A stretch of 64,000 nt of DNA, taken from contig NC_135766.1 of assembly GCF_052425735.1 (NCBI RefSeq), forward strand, positions 19,778,001 to 19,842,000. The letters run 5' to 3'. The notes beneath the pieces were generated by a model. It was not told the DNA's origin. It searched no databases and saw only the letters and a program-made list of their open reading frames with translations. Below are positions 12,701 to 31,756 of the stretch, piece after piece (positions within the stretch are counted from its first letter, which is position 1; the number at the start of each line of letters is the position of its first letter). The DNA is from Oculina patagonica (Eukaryota). Both the position numbers and the translations under genes were made by a program.

Positions 12701-14400
12701 TCCAGACAAAATCGAATCAGATTGAGTTCGATTGTGTTCAATTGGTTTGACTGGTTCGAAAATCGAACTCAAAGCAAAATAGATGTTCGATTTTGTTCGA
12801 TTACTGAACCCAATCGAATGATTGGTGTTCGATTTGGTTCGATTGATTTTTTCTTCGATTTTGTTCGATTGGATACACCGGGCACCTGTGACAACTTTAT
12901 GTGTTTGGTACAAATTATATATGTAAATGCATGTGGTTACCAAGCATTGCAAAAAATTCCACTTAAAGGGTCTGATAACGGGTCGTCACAGTGCGAGGCA
13001 GCGAAGCGTGCGATCCATTCCGGTTAGCCTAAATAGCACTTTGGTTAGCCTAAATAGCACTTTGGTTAGCCTAAATGGCACTTTGGTCAGCCTAAATGGT
13101 ACTCCAGTTAGCCTACAGTTACATGTACATGTAGCTTAGGTAGCTTGCGGTTAGCCTTTTTATTTGGAGTAGGGATTTCTGCCTTGCATGCTTCGCTGCC
13201 TTGCCTCCCAGCCTCGCACGCCTCACGTATTTTTAAGACTCTCTGATCACAGGCAGACCACCCTATGTGTTCGTGGTTAATTATTGTTGTTGACATGAGA
13301 CGAACAAAGGAAATTTTGAAATCTATAAGGGTTACTGAAATAAAGCTCTGGAAATGACATATCTAAACTACATTTTGCTCTAAATATCTCAATAAAGTTT
13401 AATGAAACGTTTATCGACTCATGTGTTGTATTTCTTCGCCTGCGCGGGCCGTTTTAAGCGCCTTTTTCACTGATTTAGCCGGCCGAAGGCCGGTAAGGAG
13501 AAAGAGGAGACAAGGCTTGCAAGTCGACGGCCGCCAGCAGCGACCTCCTCCACTTCAAACTGGAATTAATGCCAAACTACTGAAAATCTCACCTATCTGA
13601 TGACGGCTGTCGATCGGTGAGTTGTTGCTCTATCTCTTCGCCGAATTTTAGCTTCATCCCTCCAACATTTTCCGAGAAAATCCACGCTGAAATCATGCAT
13701 ACGGCTTTCTGACTATGATCGGTGCTCAACTCAGCGACCAGAGAAATTCCGAACATACCGGCCGTTTCAAATTCACCAATCAGCGCTTGGCATTCCACGG
13801 CAGCCCAACGCGGTTCAAAACCTGATTGGTGAATTTGAAACGGCCGGCATGTTCGGAATTTCTCTGGTCGCTGAGTTGAGCACCGAAAAAATCAGTGAAA
13901 AAGGCGCTTAAAACGGCCCGCGCAGGCGAAGAAATACAACACATGAGTCGATAAACGTTTCATTAAACTTTATTGAGATATTTAGAGCGAAATGTAGTTT
14001 AGATATGTCATTTCCAGAGCTTTATTTCAGTAACCCTTATAGATTTCAAAATTTCCTTTGTTCGTCTCATGTCATCAACAATAATTAACCACGAACACAT
14101 AGGGTGGTCTGCCTGTGCTCTGATAACCAGTAAATACATGTACATGTAGCTGTCTTGTCTTACAAACCAATCCAAGGCAAAATTTCATGATAGTTTTAGT
14201 CATGTCAGTACCTCGTTCTATATATGCGTCCTTCCTTAAAGAGAACTGACTGCATAAGAATCAGTAAGAACACCAAAACATACCTTTTTCATCAGAGATT
14301 CCTTCTTCCATTTAAATTTACACAATACTTTCTCCATTTCCTGTGCAGTACGACTCAAAAATGAAGAAAACTCGCGAACACACTGCTCCTTTTCCGCCAT
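5045..14400 (-). CDS. SNRNP48: U11/U12 snRNP 48 kDa protein with CHHC zinc finger and an internal PWI-like domain
   Basis: Exons (minus): 14400-14284 (alternative upstream in-frame ATG 14442), 12123-12007 (GC donor), 11614-11551, 11292-11253, 10714-10672, 10543-10437, 9784-9665, 9156-9041, 8379-8303, 7761-7728, 7019-6877, 6789-6714, 5959-5841, 5314-5045; phases are consistent. CHHC finger CPINPSHRIPTSRLEKHLTVC; family motif LAEQRDYKRRRQSYRAKNVHITKRS; R/D/E-rich tail. Exons between 10714 and 9784 are less certain. Confidence 0.9.
5343..5517. mobile_element. Palindromic AT-rich MITE in the last SNRNP48 intron
   Basis: tgttgtggtttaaatttatctttggttcaaa / tttgaaccaaggataaattgaaaccacaaca. Confidence 0.65.
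6246..6290. mobile_element. 45-bp hairpin element with 9-bp TSD
   Basis: agcctgcgtgcag...ctgcacacaggcta, flanked by ccaagttcg / ccaaattcg. Confidence 0.55.
8009..8132 (+). repeat. 40-bp tandem repeat x3
   Basis: aaactgacaaatgagcaaaggaacaaaggaatcgacgatc, three identical copies. Confidence 0.95.
9282..9486. mobile_element. MITE, GAGGCCCTGCCAGG TIRs
   Basis: Perfect 14-bp TIR; ttgaga duplicated at 9276-9281 and 9487-9492. Confidence 0.8.
11447..11532. mobile_element. 86-bp hairpin element with 9-bp TSD
   Basis: cctgttccaggctctcggtagtt / aactaccgagagcctggaacagg; TSD gttcaagca / gttcaagta; related to 34540-35554. Confidence 0.8.
12446..12882. mobile_element. MITE with AATCGAAC/GTTCGATT subterminal repeats
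   Basis: tatccaatcgaac ... gttcgattggata with many internal motif copies. Confidence 0.7.
13022..13115 (+). repeat. 21-bp minisatellite x~4.5
   Basis: ggttagcctaaatagcacttt units. Confidence 0.9.
13248..14117. mobile_element. Young foldback non-autonomous DNA transposon (CACAGG...CCTGTG, 7-bp TSD; P-like by termini)
   Basis: ~229-bp TIRs (13248-13476 / 13889-14117) with 2 mismatches seen; TSD ctctgat at 13241-13247 and 14118-14124; internal 65-bp IR 13719-13783 / 13822-13886. Confidence 0.9.
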
Positions 14401-14561
14401 TTTAGATTTGCTCTTTCTAAGAGACTGGTGCGAGCTTGCCATATTTGGCATCTGTCATGTCCGATGGGAAGGCCGAAATATATTGTGAAGGAGTTGTTGT
14501 TTAGGAATGTCCTGAAAATTAGCGTCGCATTCGAACGACTCATCGAGAATTTTAATCAACC
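14401..14561. promoter_or_regulatory. Bidirectional promoter/5'UTR region between SNRNP48 and NKAIN
   Basis: Divergent start codons only 119-161 bp apart; YY1-like ccgccatttt overlaps the SNRNP48 ATG. Confidence 0.7.
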
Positions 14562-21261
<6,700 letters not shown>

Positions 21262-21454
21262 AAATGTGGACGGTTCAAAGCACGGTAGAATGTGACTTCC
21301 AATACAGGCAGATGTGCATCAAAAGAGCTTTTAGTTGTAATTTAATTAAGTTCTTGGATTGTTGAAATCAAGGCATAGAGCTCTTAGATATTTGTTCAGG
21401 GAGCCCAGAGGCTCCTAGCTTTGAAATCCAGGGCGCACTACACAGGTGAGAGGT

Positions 21455-21675
21455 TACAGTGGAATGCCGATTTCTTGAATCTCCATGGAAAACGAAAAGT
21501 AGTTTGAGAAATCAGCCAGGATTTTAAGAAATGGGGGATGGGGTTGGGGGGAGGGGGGGGGGAATTGCAGTGTTAAATTGAGAACAGCAAATTCAAGAAA
21601 AGAAACTTTGGAGTCGAGTTATGGGGAGGCTTGAGACAATTTATTGAGAATATGAGAAATCGGAATTGCACTGTA
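21455..21675. mobile_element. Tc1/pogo-like MITE in the NKAIN 3'UTR
   Basis: tacagtggaatgccgatttct / agaaatcggaattgcactgta; TA flanks. Confidence 0.65.
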
Positions 21676-22581
21676 ATTGATCTTGCTTGTTTACCATTTG
21701 CTTACCATTTATGCGAGAGACGAAACTGTTGCTGAAGAAGGAGATTGTACCATTCGATAATGTTTTTTTGGGTTTGTTTTTTTTTTTTTCCGGGTCGGAA
21801 GAGGAAAAAGAGGGGGGTGACCGGAAATAAATCTGTAGCTCTTTAGATCTGTAGTTTAAACAATGCAAGTGAAACTGTAGGAAGGGTGATATGAGAAGAC
21901 CACTTCCTCGCTTACATGAAGGAAGTCTGGGGGAACAACCTGTTCAATATTATTTTATTTCTGACCAAAGCCTTGAAAATACTCTTAATTAATTAGTTTT
22001 CTAGTTCAGCTTCCAGTAGACAGAATTGTTTGATCTTTTTCTCCTTGACTTCCACACAATGTGAATTTGTTGTTTAGCATAATACTGTACATATACCATG
22101 TACAACTAAACGTTTCTTAAAAGTGCAAAATATTTATTGTAAACATTTCCCAAGCTTGGGACAGAAGGCATTTTAAGCATAGACTGATAGATTTTCATTC
22201 CGGGATTTAAGTTTTAGCAGCGCAGGCCTTTATGTGAACTTGTAGATTAAGGAAGTCAATTTAATTTCTTTACAGCACCTAGAATATGAATAATATTTAG
22301 AACTAAAAATTTTAGAATGTACCACAATTAGTCATTTGCATTTATAGGAACACTAAATTTAGGTCTTTGACGTGTAAATAACTTAGTTAAACCAATAATT
22401 CTACATCTCTGGGTGTACATGTAAAATAATAATAATCTGCATATCAGATCTAGGCCAATAGTTACATGTTATTGAATTAGCTTTAAGATTTATGTTGCCT
22501 TTTTTGACTAGCACCAAAACACGTTTAGAGTACAGCATGTTTACATGACAGTCGTTTTTCCAAAACATGTTGTAATTGAAT

Positions 22582-22878
22582 TAGAGCAGTTTTCAATGGA
22601 GTGTCGTAAAACCAAAAGCAAAGTAATTAGCTGTAATTACTCTGGCCAAATTCACAAAGGACACCGACAATCCAGTGAACCAATCAAAACTCGAAGCAAA
22701 TACATGAAGCCAGCACGAAGCGCGAGAAAACGTGCGCGAGCAAGATACGATTGGTTTTGGTTTTAGGTCTGAATAGCTAAGAAAGTGGTGCGAGAGTTTT
22801 AAACCAATCACTTAGCGTAGTAATGCAAAACCAAAACAAATGCAAATTACTTGCGACACTCAGGTGAAAACCGCTCTA
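22582..22878. mobile_element. ~300-bp MITE (TAGAGC.GTTTTCA TIR); other copies 33428-33724 and 51944-52228 (inverted)
   Basis: tagagcagttttca / tgaaaaccgctcta; three similar copies in the window plus fragments at ~7340-7650. Confidence 0.8.
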
Positions 22879-23919
22879 TTCACATATTTGTTCTGTAATG
22901 TCTGCGGTTTTACGGCACCGGTACCAAATCGTTTTAATGGAACTTACATCTAATGTAAACTAAACAATAACGCTTGAAATTGTTGTTGTCACTGGCTTCC
23001 ACTCCCCTCTCAGCCGCCATGTTTAACGATTTTCGTCTTGTTTAGATCGAAACTACCATGTAAGATTGTTTTACTCCTGCTCAAGATTAACTATTTTGAT
23101 CATAAATGGTGCAATGTATCGATCGTTTGATGTAAGCACTATTCATAATGTGACATGTTTCATTCGCGATTTAACTAGACGTGTTTCGGTCATTTCGGTC
23201 TGGTCTGAACACAATCTCGTTGCCAGAGCCCGCGTCCCACTGGACCAGCGGTCGGAAACGGCTGCTGGTCTGCACATGTCTTGACGCGGACAGTCCTGGG
23301 GACGAGGTTGAAAGTAAAGAGTAATGGACAATTAGAATCGTGTTCTACGTCCCAATCAATTTTGATAGTGTTAGCGATCATCAAAGCCCGTAATAATGAC
23401 AGTGGAATCTCTAGTTGTTTTACCTCTAAGGAAACGAAATTTGGTTCAAGAAATTGGAGGTTGAGAAATCGAAAGTCCACTGTGCATTTTAGAATATTTT
23501 CCCTCGTCAATACCCAAGAAAGATCAGTGTACCGCCATTAGCTACATTTAAATTGTTAACTTGTACAAAGTACATTAATAAATCATGTGTTAAATGCTAA
23601 ACATTTTTTAAGTCGTTGTACAGTTTCATTGTATTGGCATAATGCAAGGAATTTTCCAGCATTTGTTCCTCAGAAAAGTGGCTAGGGAAATCATCTTAAG
23701 GGCGCAGTTGAGCAAAGCAGGGTAATAGGGCTGCCACAGGTCAGGAAAAAAATTCTTTTAGGTCAGGTAATTTTATTTTGAGTCAGGAAAAACTCTGATA
23801 ATATATTTAAGCCCCATATTTCGGACGCAAAGAAAGCGACCTACCCCACACCCGCATATTTTACCGTGCGGAATTCTTGTATGTACTTTTCAGACGGACC
23901 GGATCATCCCTTCTGAAAT

Positions 23920-24383
23920 TACCGTATTTTCTCAAATAAACGCCCCCGGCGTTTATTTCAAACTTGGCTTCGTGAACCCGGCATTTATTTGAAGCAGGCG
24001 TTTAATCGGGGCCCGGCGTTTATTAACGGACTGCAATTTTCTGCCAATTTTTCAGATTGATTTATTGTTACCCATCTTCGAGACCAAGGGGCAGTTTGTC
24101 AAGGCGGGACGATTTTTCTCTTCGTTCTGCCCAAAAAAAGTGTTCCTGGGTATCCAAAGGTGATTATTTCCCAAAGGTGCACTATTACGGATTGGATAGT
24201 TTATGTTGCAATCGAGATTTGTGACAAACAGAATATATTTACTTGTTAGCTTGACCTCAAATAAACGCCGGGACCTCGAACAAACGCTCCCGGCGTTTAT
24301 TTAAAAACTAGCAATTTTGACCTGGCGTTTATACGAGGCCGGCGTTTAATCGGGGTCCGGCGTTTAATCGAGAAAATACGGTA
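23920..24383. mobile_element. MITE (TACCGTA termini)
   Basis: taccgtattttctc / gagaaaatacggta; absent from unit B near 36020. Confidence 0.85.
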
Positions 24384-24637
24384 AACCTGTACATTTTTTA
24401 AACGCAAAATTCTGCCGAAAATACAACGTCTGCGTTCCGATAGTGAGCCCCGCTCAACAAAGGGCCCTTTTAAACAAATACAAGCCCAGGGCTTGTAATC
24501 GGCGTTCTTAGGTATCTGTTACATATTACCTATTTTTAATGGTTGACACCCAACGAGTAACGGCACCAGGATAGTGCCAATCATCTTTCGAATAACTTGG
24601 AGATACGCTTGTTAATAAAAGAAAGGTTGAAAACCTG

Positions 24638-24877
24638 GACCCGGTTGTTCAAAGCACGATTAAGCTAATCCAGGATTAGCGTGAAACTTGATTTCAATTT
24701 TATATAATTTCGTTGAGGTTTTCTGTTAATATTTTCTGTCCCACAGTTTTGACATGGACCAATCTCAAACTTAACAAAAATATTAGCTTTGGGAAACCCT
24801 TTAAAACAAGATAAATTAAAATCTTGATCATCTTTTAATCCTGGGTTAGCGTTAATCGTCTTTCGAACAACCCGGCC
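24638..24877. mobile_element. Harbinger-like MITE with CTG TSD
   Basis: gacccggttgttcaaa / ttcgaacaacccggcc; empty site aaacctgatacg at ~37261. Confidence 0.75.
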
Positions 24878-25415
24878 CTGGTACGGAAATCCAAAAAAAC
24901 TGGGGAAGAAGGTTTAGCATTTTAACATACTGTCAGTAAATATACCCTACCACGAATATTTTGATTGCACATATAAAAGTTTTCAAACAACGACAACAAC
25001 ACTTGTTTCAAATATCGGCAAGTTCTGTTTTTGGTTACGTTTCATGATTTATCAAAAGATCCCCTCAGGCCGGATCGTCTTACGAGTTTTATATGTCAAG
25101 AATTATTTGTTTTTACCCCGATCGATTTTGAATTAATAAATTATATAGCGTTCCTCATATTTTCAGTTCTCGAGAAAGAGTTGTAAATGTAAGTACTGTA
25201 AGTACACACTACACTTGTGAAGAGCTAGAGATCATCCCCAGACATCCATATCTACAAACTATATATTTAGTGCAACAACATATTTTACTTCACTGTAAAA
25301 TATAAGAGGATTCAGATTTGCCAACTAACCAGCGTTTATTTTAAGTCGTGTAAGTTACAATCTTGCACGTGAATAGGTGACATTAATTTACGCCAACGTA
25401 CACGCTAAATAATGT

Positions 25416-25730
25416 TTTATACCATACCATAGAAAATACAGCCAATCAGAATACAGGAAAGCCGTTGTATATTCGACGGTATTCAACCCAACCTTCCCAT
25501 CATGCGCTGCGATAATATTGTCGACAAAATTTAGTAAGCGTATTTTCTATGGCATGGTATAAAATAGTTACACAACACTTTCTCGTGGTATACTATGGAA
25601 TATTCCACTTGTCACTTGTATTTTCTTGGTATACACACTCGCCTAAAGGCTCGTGTGTATACCGAGAAAATACAAGTGACTCGTGGGATATTCCATAGTA
25701 TACCACTCGAAAGCGTTGCATAACTAGTAT
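25416..25730 (+). mobile_element. TIR-less dispersed element with a long subterminal hairpin; inverted copy at 52550-52863
   Basis: Two highly similar ~315-bp copies in opposite orientation; hairpin ~25589-25701. Confidence 0.8.
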
Positions 25731-26280
25731 ATATTTAATGTTTGTTCTTAAGGATACTTTAAAATAATTTAACATGCTTAAGGTTCTTACGACATAACTG
25801 AAATTGATCAAAACTTTAAGGTTATTGTTTCAACGACCGACTCTTTCCTTCTTTCTTTATCCTTGACCATAAGAAACAAGATTGTTTTAGAGTTAGGTCA
25901 GTTACTGTTGTGAAAATTGCTGACGTGCTAAAAGGTGGCGCCATCGTTTCGTTGCTATGGTAATACCTTCTTTTTTGGACAGATCATTTAATGTCTTGAA
26001 AATGTGTCAAGCAGCTCGATTGACTAAGCGCTGACAGCCGACTGAAGTATCAGCCGGTCGAATATCATTTATTTGGCGTGCCCCTAAATATATCCCTCCC
26101 TCTATTGGACACACCTGCGGAGAGTCTCTATAGCTGTATTCAACAAAACATGTCCAAGACTTGACAACGCCGAATGCAACTACCTATGATTCAGGCGCTT
26201 CTCATAGAGGGAATTGGGCATCGGCCAGAGTGACCTTGAGCACCGGCAACTGATGAGCCAGACCCCTTGGGCTGGAAAAG

Positions 26281-26615
26281 ACGTTATCCAAAGCTTATAG
26301 GAGGCAGCGTGGCCGAGTGGTTAAGGGCACTGGTGTTGAAATCCGGAGTCCAGGGTTCAAAACCTCCATCCTGCCACTAGCTGGATTTGTTTCTCTGTAG
26401 TCCCGAGTTCAAATCCTCGGTCACTAGTGCATAGTAATTGTATATAGCCAACTGGTCTGCCTCCTGCCAGTTAGGATTTTTAATCACGTTATGTTCATTT
26501 AGAATCGTTGTTTCCTCTGATTCAGTGGCATGCCTGTAAACTAGCTATCTCAAAGCTAAGTGCATGATGACCACTATAAACAAAATTTACGTTTACATTT
26601 ACAAAGAAGAAAAAA
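26281..26615 (+). mobile_element. tRNA-derived SINE
   Basis: tRNA-like head from 26300 (A box tggccgagtgg, B box ggttcaaaacc), body, (tttaca)n/A-rich tail; TSD gctggaaaag at 26271-26280 and 26616-26625. Confidence 0.85.
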
Positions 26616-26656
26616 GCTGGAAAAGCAATTTCTGGTAGGCCATGAATTCTTTCCAA

Positions 26657-27697
26657 TCAAACTTGAACAGCCCAGTTGCTCACGATCGCTACCTCCCTGT
26701 TTAAGTCTCTTCTTCGAAAAGAAACTCCGGTCTGATTACTTCTCCACCGACTGCAGCAAAGTATCGACTTGAGCGCCCTTCGGTATTGCGCAAGGCGCCA
26801 GGCATATATAAGCGGATCAAGGGCAAACTTGAGAATCAACACATCGTTTGTAAGTAAGACCGCAATCTGAAGCTTGAGGGATTGAAGCGGGTTTTTTGTG
26901 TCCCAGTGAAAGGACAAATACGAGACAACTGTTGTAGGAACGGTGGAAGCAATGACAAACGTCAGCAAAACAAGATTGACCACCGTGAATTGCCTTTCTC
27001 GCCTGTTTCTTATTCTTTGCTGTATTGCTAAAGTATTGTTGTCCAGCGAATGAAGCTGCCTCATATGCCTTCTGAATGCCTTGTACAAACTGAAATACGC
27101 AACGGCTAAAAGAAAAAGGCCACCAGTGGTGTGAAAGTAGAGATCGATTTTGAAAAGCGTGTCCTGTACCCCATGCATCAGGGAAAGCAGGACAAATGCC
27201 GTGGAGTAAAGCCATGTAAAGATGACGCTCGCCATAACTCGCTTCTTTGTGACAAGAGATCTGTGCTTGTGCGGGAACCTTATGGCAGTGAACTGACTCC
27301 ATGTGAAAAGCAACAGAATAAAGTAGGAACTGTTCATGGTTACCACTGAAATGTGATGACCGATTTGCGCTGCCTTGAACGTCCCTTGCAGCATCGAAGT
27401 ATCCCTGCTTTTAAAGGCTAAATACAAAGCGATGTACTGTACGGCAAACATAGGACAAACCGCGATCCCAGTAAGAAAATCTGCTGCCGCTAATCCGACG
27501 ACAAAGAATGTAACTGGCGATCGAAATGTTTTGAAAGGGTCTTTCCAAATGGCGAGCAATAAAAGCCCGTTTCCAAGTATTGTGGTTATGGATACCGCAG
27601 CTAGAAAGATTCCAGAGGCGATGTCCACACGATAGTAAGTTGCCACGAGTTCTTTCCATTCTTGCGGGATCTGGGAAGAATCTTCCCTGGAATTCAT
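26657..27697 (-). CDS. Class A (rhodopsin-like) orphan GPCR, paralog 1, 346 aa, intronless CDS
   Basis: Seven hydrophobic segments; GN (TM1), LAAAD (TM2), SQF in place of DRY, W (TM4), DPLIY and helix 8 YRRAL. Confidence 0.93.
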   Translation of the reverse strand: MNSREDSSQIPQEWKELVATYYRVDIASGIFLAAVSITTILGNGLLLLAIWKDPFKTFRSPVTFFVVGLAAADFLTGIAVCPMFAVQYIALYLAFKSRDTSMLQGTFKAAQIGHHISVVTMNSSYFILLLFTWSQFTAIRFPHKHRSLVTKKRVMASVIFTWLYSTAFVLLSLMHGVQDTLFKIDLYFHTTGGLFLLAVAYFSLYKAFRRHMRQLHSLDNNTLAIQQRIRNRRERQFTVVNLVLLTFVIASTVPTTVVSYLSFHWDTKNPLQSLKLQIAVLLTNDVLILKFALDPLIYAWRLAQYRRALKSILCCSRWRSNQTGVSFRRRDLNREVAIVSNWAVQV

Positions 27698-29006
27698 TTT
27701 ACTGATGAAAATTAAGCAACCGGCCCTCTTTTCCTGCGAGCGTAGTTGATCTAAATGCCGCGCTGATTGTTACGAAATTGATCAATCTGTCATATATCTA
27801 AAAAAGAAATGTCAAGTTAATTTGGAAATGACGTCGCTTACCTACTACGAAATTTTAGAGGCAGTCCGTGTGAAAACTGACCTGTGAGAATTTTTGGGAA
27901 AAAATGAAATTCTTTTATCTGTTTATAGTTCATACAAAAGTCAGTTCTTAAGCTTAAAATAGCACAGGGCTCCCATGCTAACATTTTGCCCACTCGGTCA
28001 ATGGCGATGCCAAACTTATATGGACTTGTATGAAACTTTATAGGTAAAATTGATATCGAAATTAAAGAAAATATGATAAACAGTCAATAAAGTTTACATT
28101 CAAAATCATATGTTCTCTGTGTGATGTTTCTTGGCTGTTCTAAAGCATTTAAGCCGAAAAAGGCGGCTGATTTACGGATTTGCCCACCCCCCCCCCCCCC
28201 CAAAAAAAAATAAAAAAACAAAAACAAAAAAAAACAAAAAAAAAAAACAAAAAACAAAATCAAAAAAAAAAAAAATTGTAGAATCAGCGGATTTGCGTAC
28301 CCTCACTCCCCCATCCTCTTTTATAAAATAACGGCAGCGAATAATGGAAACTCATCAAATCGGCTAATAAAACTGTTCCTTCTGTCCTTAAAAAAACACA
28401 TCTTTAGTTAGCCTTCTCGTTTGTGATGACAAAAGATGTGACACCATTTTCCGCCATCTGTCAGTGTCTTTTAGACATAATCCGAAGTTATTAGGCTGTT
28501 AAAAAGACAGACATCTGCCAAGTTGACCAAAATACGACCGTTGAACTTTCCGATTTAAAATATTTGTTCCCTTTAATTCCATTTTACCGACCACAGCTTA
28601 TTTTATTTTAACTTTCGCCAGTTAAAAATATTTAATATCATTCTTCGTTCTATAAGCTTTCTTTTAACATGATGTGTAGCGCAGAACTTGCGCACATTTC
28701 TAAAAGTTACGCGCTCGTGAGGATGGCATTGTGTAACGTTTTGCATCGTATATCACTTCCACCTACCCCAGTGACTATATCTCTTCGTAAACGAGAACCA
28801 AATTAAGCGCGCTCATTTCGGCCGATGAGCGTAATCACAACTTGGACCAAAATTGCGCGCTCGTAATTAACAATTTCGTCTGTGTGCATTCACAAGCGAG
28901 CGAAATAGTTACACTGGTAGAGGCGTGCTCATAAGCGACCGCTCTTAAGAACGATTCAGTCTAGTTCGCGTTCGACAGCGCGGTTACTGTGCGATTATCT
29001 TCACTC

Positions 29007-29181
29007 NNNNNNNNNNNNNNNNNNNNNNNNNNNNNNNNNNNNNNNNNNNNNNNNNNNNNNNNNNNNNNNNNNNNNNNNNNNNNNNNNNNNNNNNNNNNNN
29101 NNNNNNNNNNNNNNNNNNNNNNNNNNNNNNNNNNNNNNNNNNNNNNNNNNNNNNNNNNNNNNNNNNNNNNNNNNNNNNNNN
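29007..29181. other. Assembly gap (N run)
   Basis: 175 N. Confidence 1.
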
Positions 29182-31746
29182 ATCCATGGCTCATGGCGCT
29201 TTACAGTAAAAATATTATTAAAAAAATGAAAAACTTACTTAAAAAATTTACATCGATGATTAAAAATTTACGTCGATCGATCATCTGCGAAAATATTCCA
29301 AGCAGACCTTAGAATTAACCTACAAAATATGCGAATGTGAATTGTGGACGGCAATTTGTGCTGAAAAATGTTCAAAACGTTCAAACAAAAAACGAATTCT
29401 TAATCACGGTTTGCTAAGAATAACTGTCTAAAAAGCGAATTGCTTAATTTAGCGAAGACGACTCGACTGAGCCAACCTTATGATGAAAATAATTCCAGCT
29501 GTTTTAGATAATTACCGATGAAATAAACGTAAATTAACAAGAATATAATGAAGATTAAAATTCTGCCAAAAATACTGTTTCTTAAGAAGTGACTTCTAGC
29601 CGTTATGACGGCTATAAATGTCCTCTAGTTTTCTTGAAGAAAAATATCGAAAGAGTAACATATTAAGTGATTATTTTAATAGCGATTCGTCAGTAATGAA
29701 AAAACAAATGCCATAGTGTTTATAACTTCCGTATTAAAACAGGTTGAAAAGAAGCCTGTTACAGCCGTGCTTTCAACGACGAAAATAATAATAAAAAATA
29801 ATTTAAAAAGATAAAAAAATAAGATATTTAGCTAAAAGTTGTGACTTATTTATCGTCTTAGTTAGTGCCCGAGTTTTTGTTTCCTTTGCGCGAATGGGAC
29901 TTCCTCTTGTTGAAAACACTACAAAACGAAGGACTAGCTAAGACTTATTAAACATCCACGTTGCACTTCTGATGATAAAAAGCTGAATCTTTAGTAATCC
30001 AAGCCCAGTTTACCTGTTACGTATGTATAGTTTTCTTGGAATCCCATACACTTCGGTCTCAAAATGAGGAAGTCGTGCCGCGAAAAAACGTCCCTTTCTC
30101 TGAAGACCAAAGATTAGACAAGGAAATTTTTTGTTTGATTTGAGTTAGAGCTAAGCCACATGATCAATAATTAATGACATTATTTTCCTTTTTAAAATCT
30201 AATTACAAGGAAAGCCTAACAGTAGATCGCATTAGCGACAGGAGTAATTGTTTAACGACCTTTAAGCAAACTAAAACAGCTGCATCTGTAGTCTTCTCCG
30301 TCTTAAAACTGTTTATATTTGTTAGCTTGCAGATAATTGAAGGGACAGTGAATAAAAAAAGTTTACATTTTGTGCCAGAATCTGTCTTGCTTCTGGGTTT
30401 TACTGTATTGTTTTGCAAATGTCACAAGTTAAAAGTTACTATTTCATTATTATTCTAAACTGACATCTGTAAAGGTTTAACCCGAACAAAATAATTTCTC
30501 AAAAGTAATTTCTAAAACTATCATATTTTATAGTGTTTCATTCTCACGCGCATCGTAGGTTTGAAATGTGCTATTAAGATGAGTCTTGTTTTCTGTCTAG
30601 TAAGAAAAAGCCAGAAATAAAACGCAAACTGCAGTGATAAACATTACGGACATACACATTGCTGGATGACCGTTAAAATGGAAGTACAACTAAATTAAAT
30701 TCGAATAACGGTAGAATTGACATATGACGAAAAACAGATGATGAAAACAAAATGATAAAATACAATACAATGATATAATATTTTGCAGATAATAAAATGC
30801 AAACTAATAAATATAAAGTTTTTCGCTGCCCACATAATTATCATTCAGGGCAGCTTTTAAATCTCTAACTAATTAGCAAAGTCTCTTTTATCTTGCAATG
30901 GATATATGATCGTCCCCTTGCTAATATGTCAAAGTGGTCTCATTTTAAATTATGACCAGTTGACGTGACGTGGTCTGCAATAGCAGATGCGTCACTCTTA
31001 CGATCACTTTGAAATGTTTAGTTTTCCTGTCATGCAGTCTACGTTTTTCTGATGTAGATGGGTGAATCTTGACAGTCCCAACAACTAGCCTTAAATACAA
31101 CTTTTGATCTTTTGACATCTCAGAACGGTTGAGCCTGTCTTTGTAGGGAAAAAAGACTTGATGCGATGTTTGCTTTGGAAAATGGCCCTAATTATAAGGT
31201 CAATGCACCCATAAAGTTTATTGGTGCACGCCTTCACAACTACTTGGTAATAATATTGCTTTGTAAACCTAAAAAAAGGTAGAATCAACAGAATTTCCTT
31301 TTGGGGACAGTTGTGGTTTGTTCCCTTTGTCTGTTTGGTTCAAAACATCGTAAATGTTGTAATTGATAATAACAGTAGGGTAACCGTTATGTGACAGAAC
31401 AATAACAAACAACAACAATATTTACAATAACATTATCAACAATCCAAACCTTTATTTGATTATGCTGTTGCGAAGGAACTCGAATCTGCCTCGTCGCTAA
31501 GGGCCAGCTGCCAGCTAACTTCACTGGCTGAAAGAGAATATTAGTCCGGCTAAAAATTCACATGAAAACAAAGATTTAGGTAAACTTTTAGGGCTGCCAA
31601 GGCCTGGAAAGCCAGCTGGGCTTGTTGATGACCCCGTAAGTTTTTTCTTAGCTACCTCCCTGTGTAATGTACCGTACATGTGTACACAACAAATACAAAC
31701 ACTCACTTGTTAGTAATTAATTTTTGGCTAATTTTTGTACTTGCAG

Positions 31747-31756
31747 ATCCTCTTGA
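31747..31756 (+). other. Duplicate NKAIN terminal coding exon followed by a 3'UTR copy
   Basis: ttttgtacttgcag|ATCCTCTTGA encodes the same I-S-S-stop as tag|ATCATCCTGA at 21252. Confidence 0.6.

Noticed and set aside
5045-14400. USSE (tandem U11 5' splice-site motifs) or U12-type introns in SNRNP48
   Set aside because: No tandem RTATCYTT found by eye on the minus strand; all inferred donors are U2-type.
26245-26290. CTGATGAG-ccag...ctgg-AAAA as a hammerhead ribozyme
   Set aside because: No G-C pair closing helix II before GAAA and no valid helix I or III; the region is the SINE target flank.
26300-26378. tRNA gene
   Set aside because: Runs into a SINE body with tail and TSD; the cloverleaf is imperfect.
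26817-27659. Overlapping alternative-frame and antisense ORFs in the GPCR genes
   Set aside because: Shadow ORFs of the real CDS with no recognisable domains; lengths are not preserved across all three paralogs.
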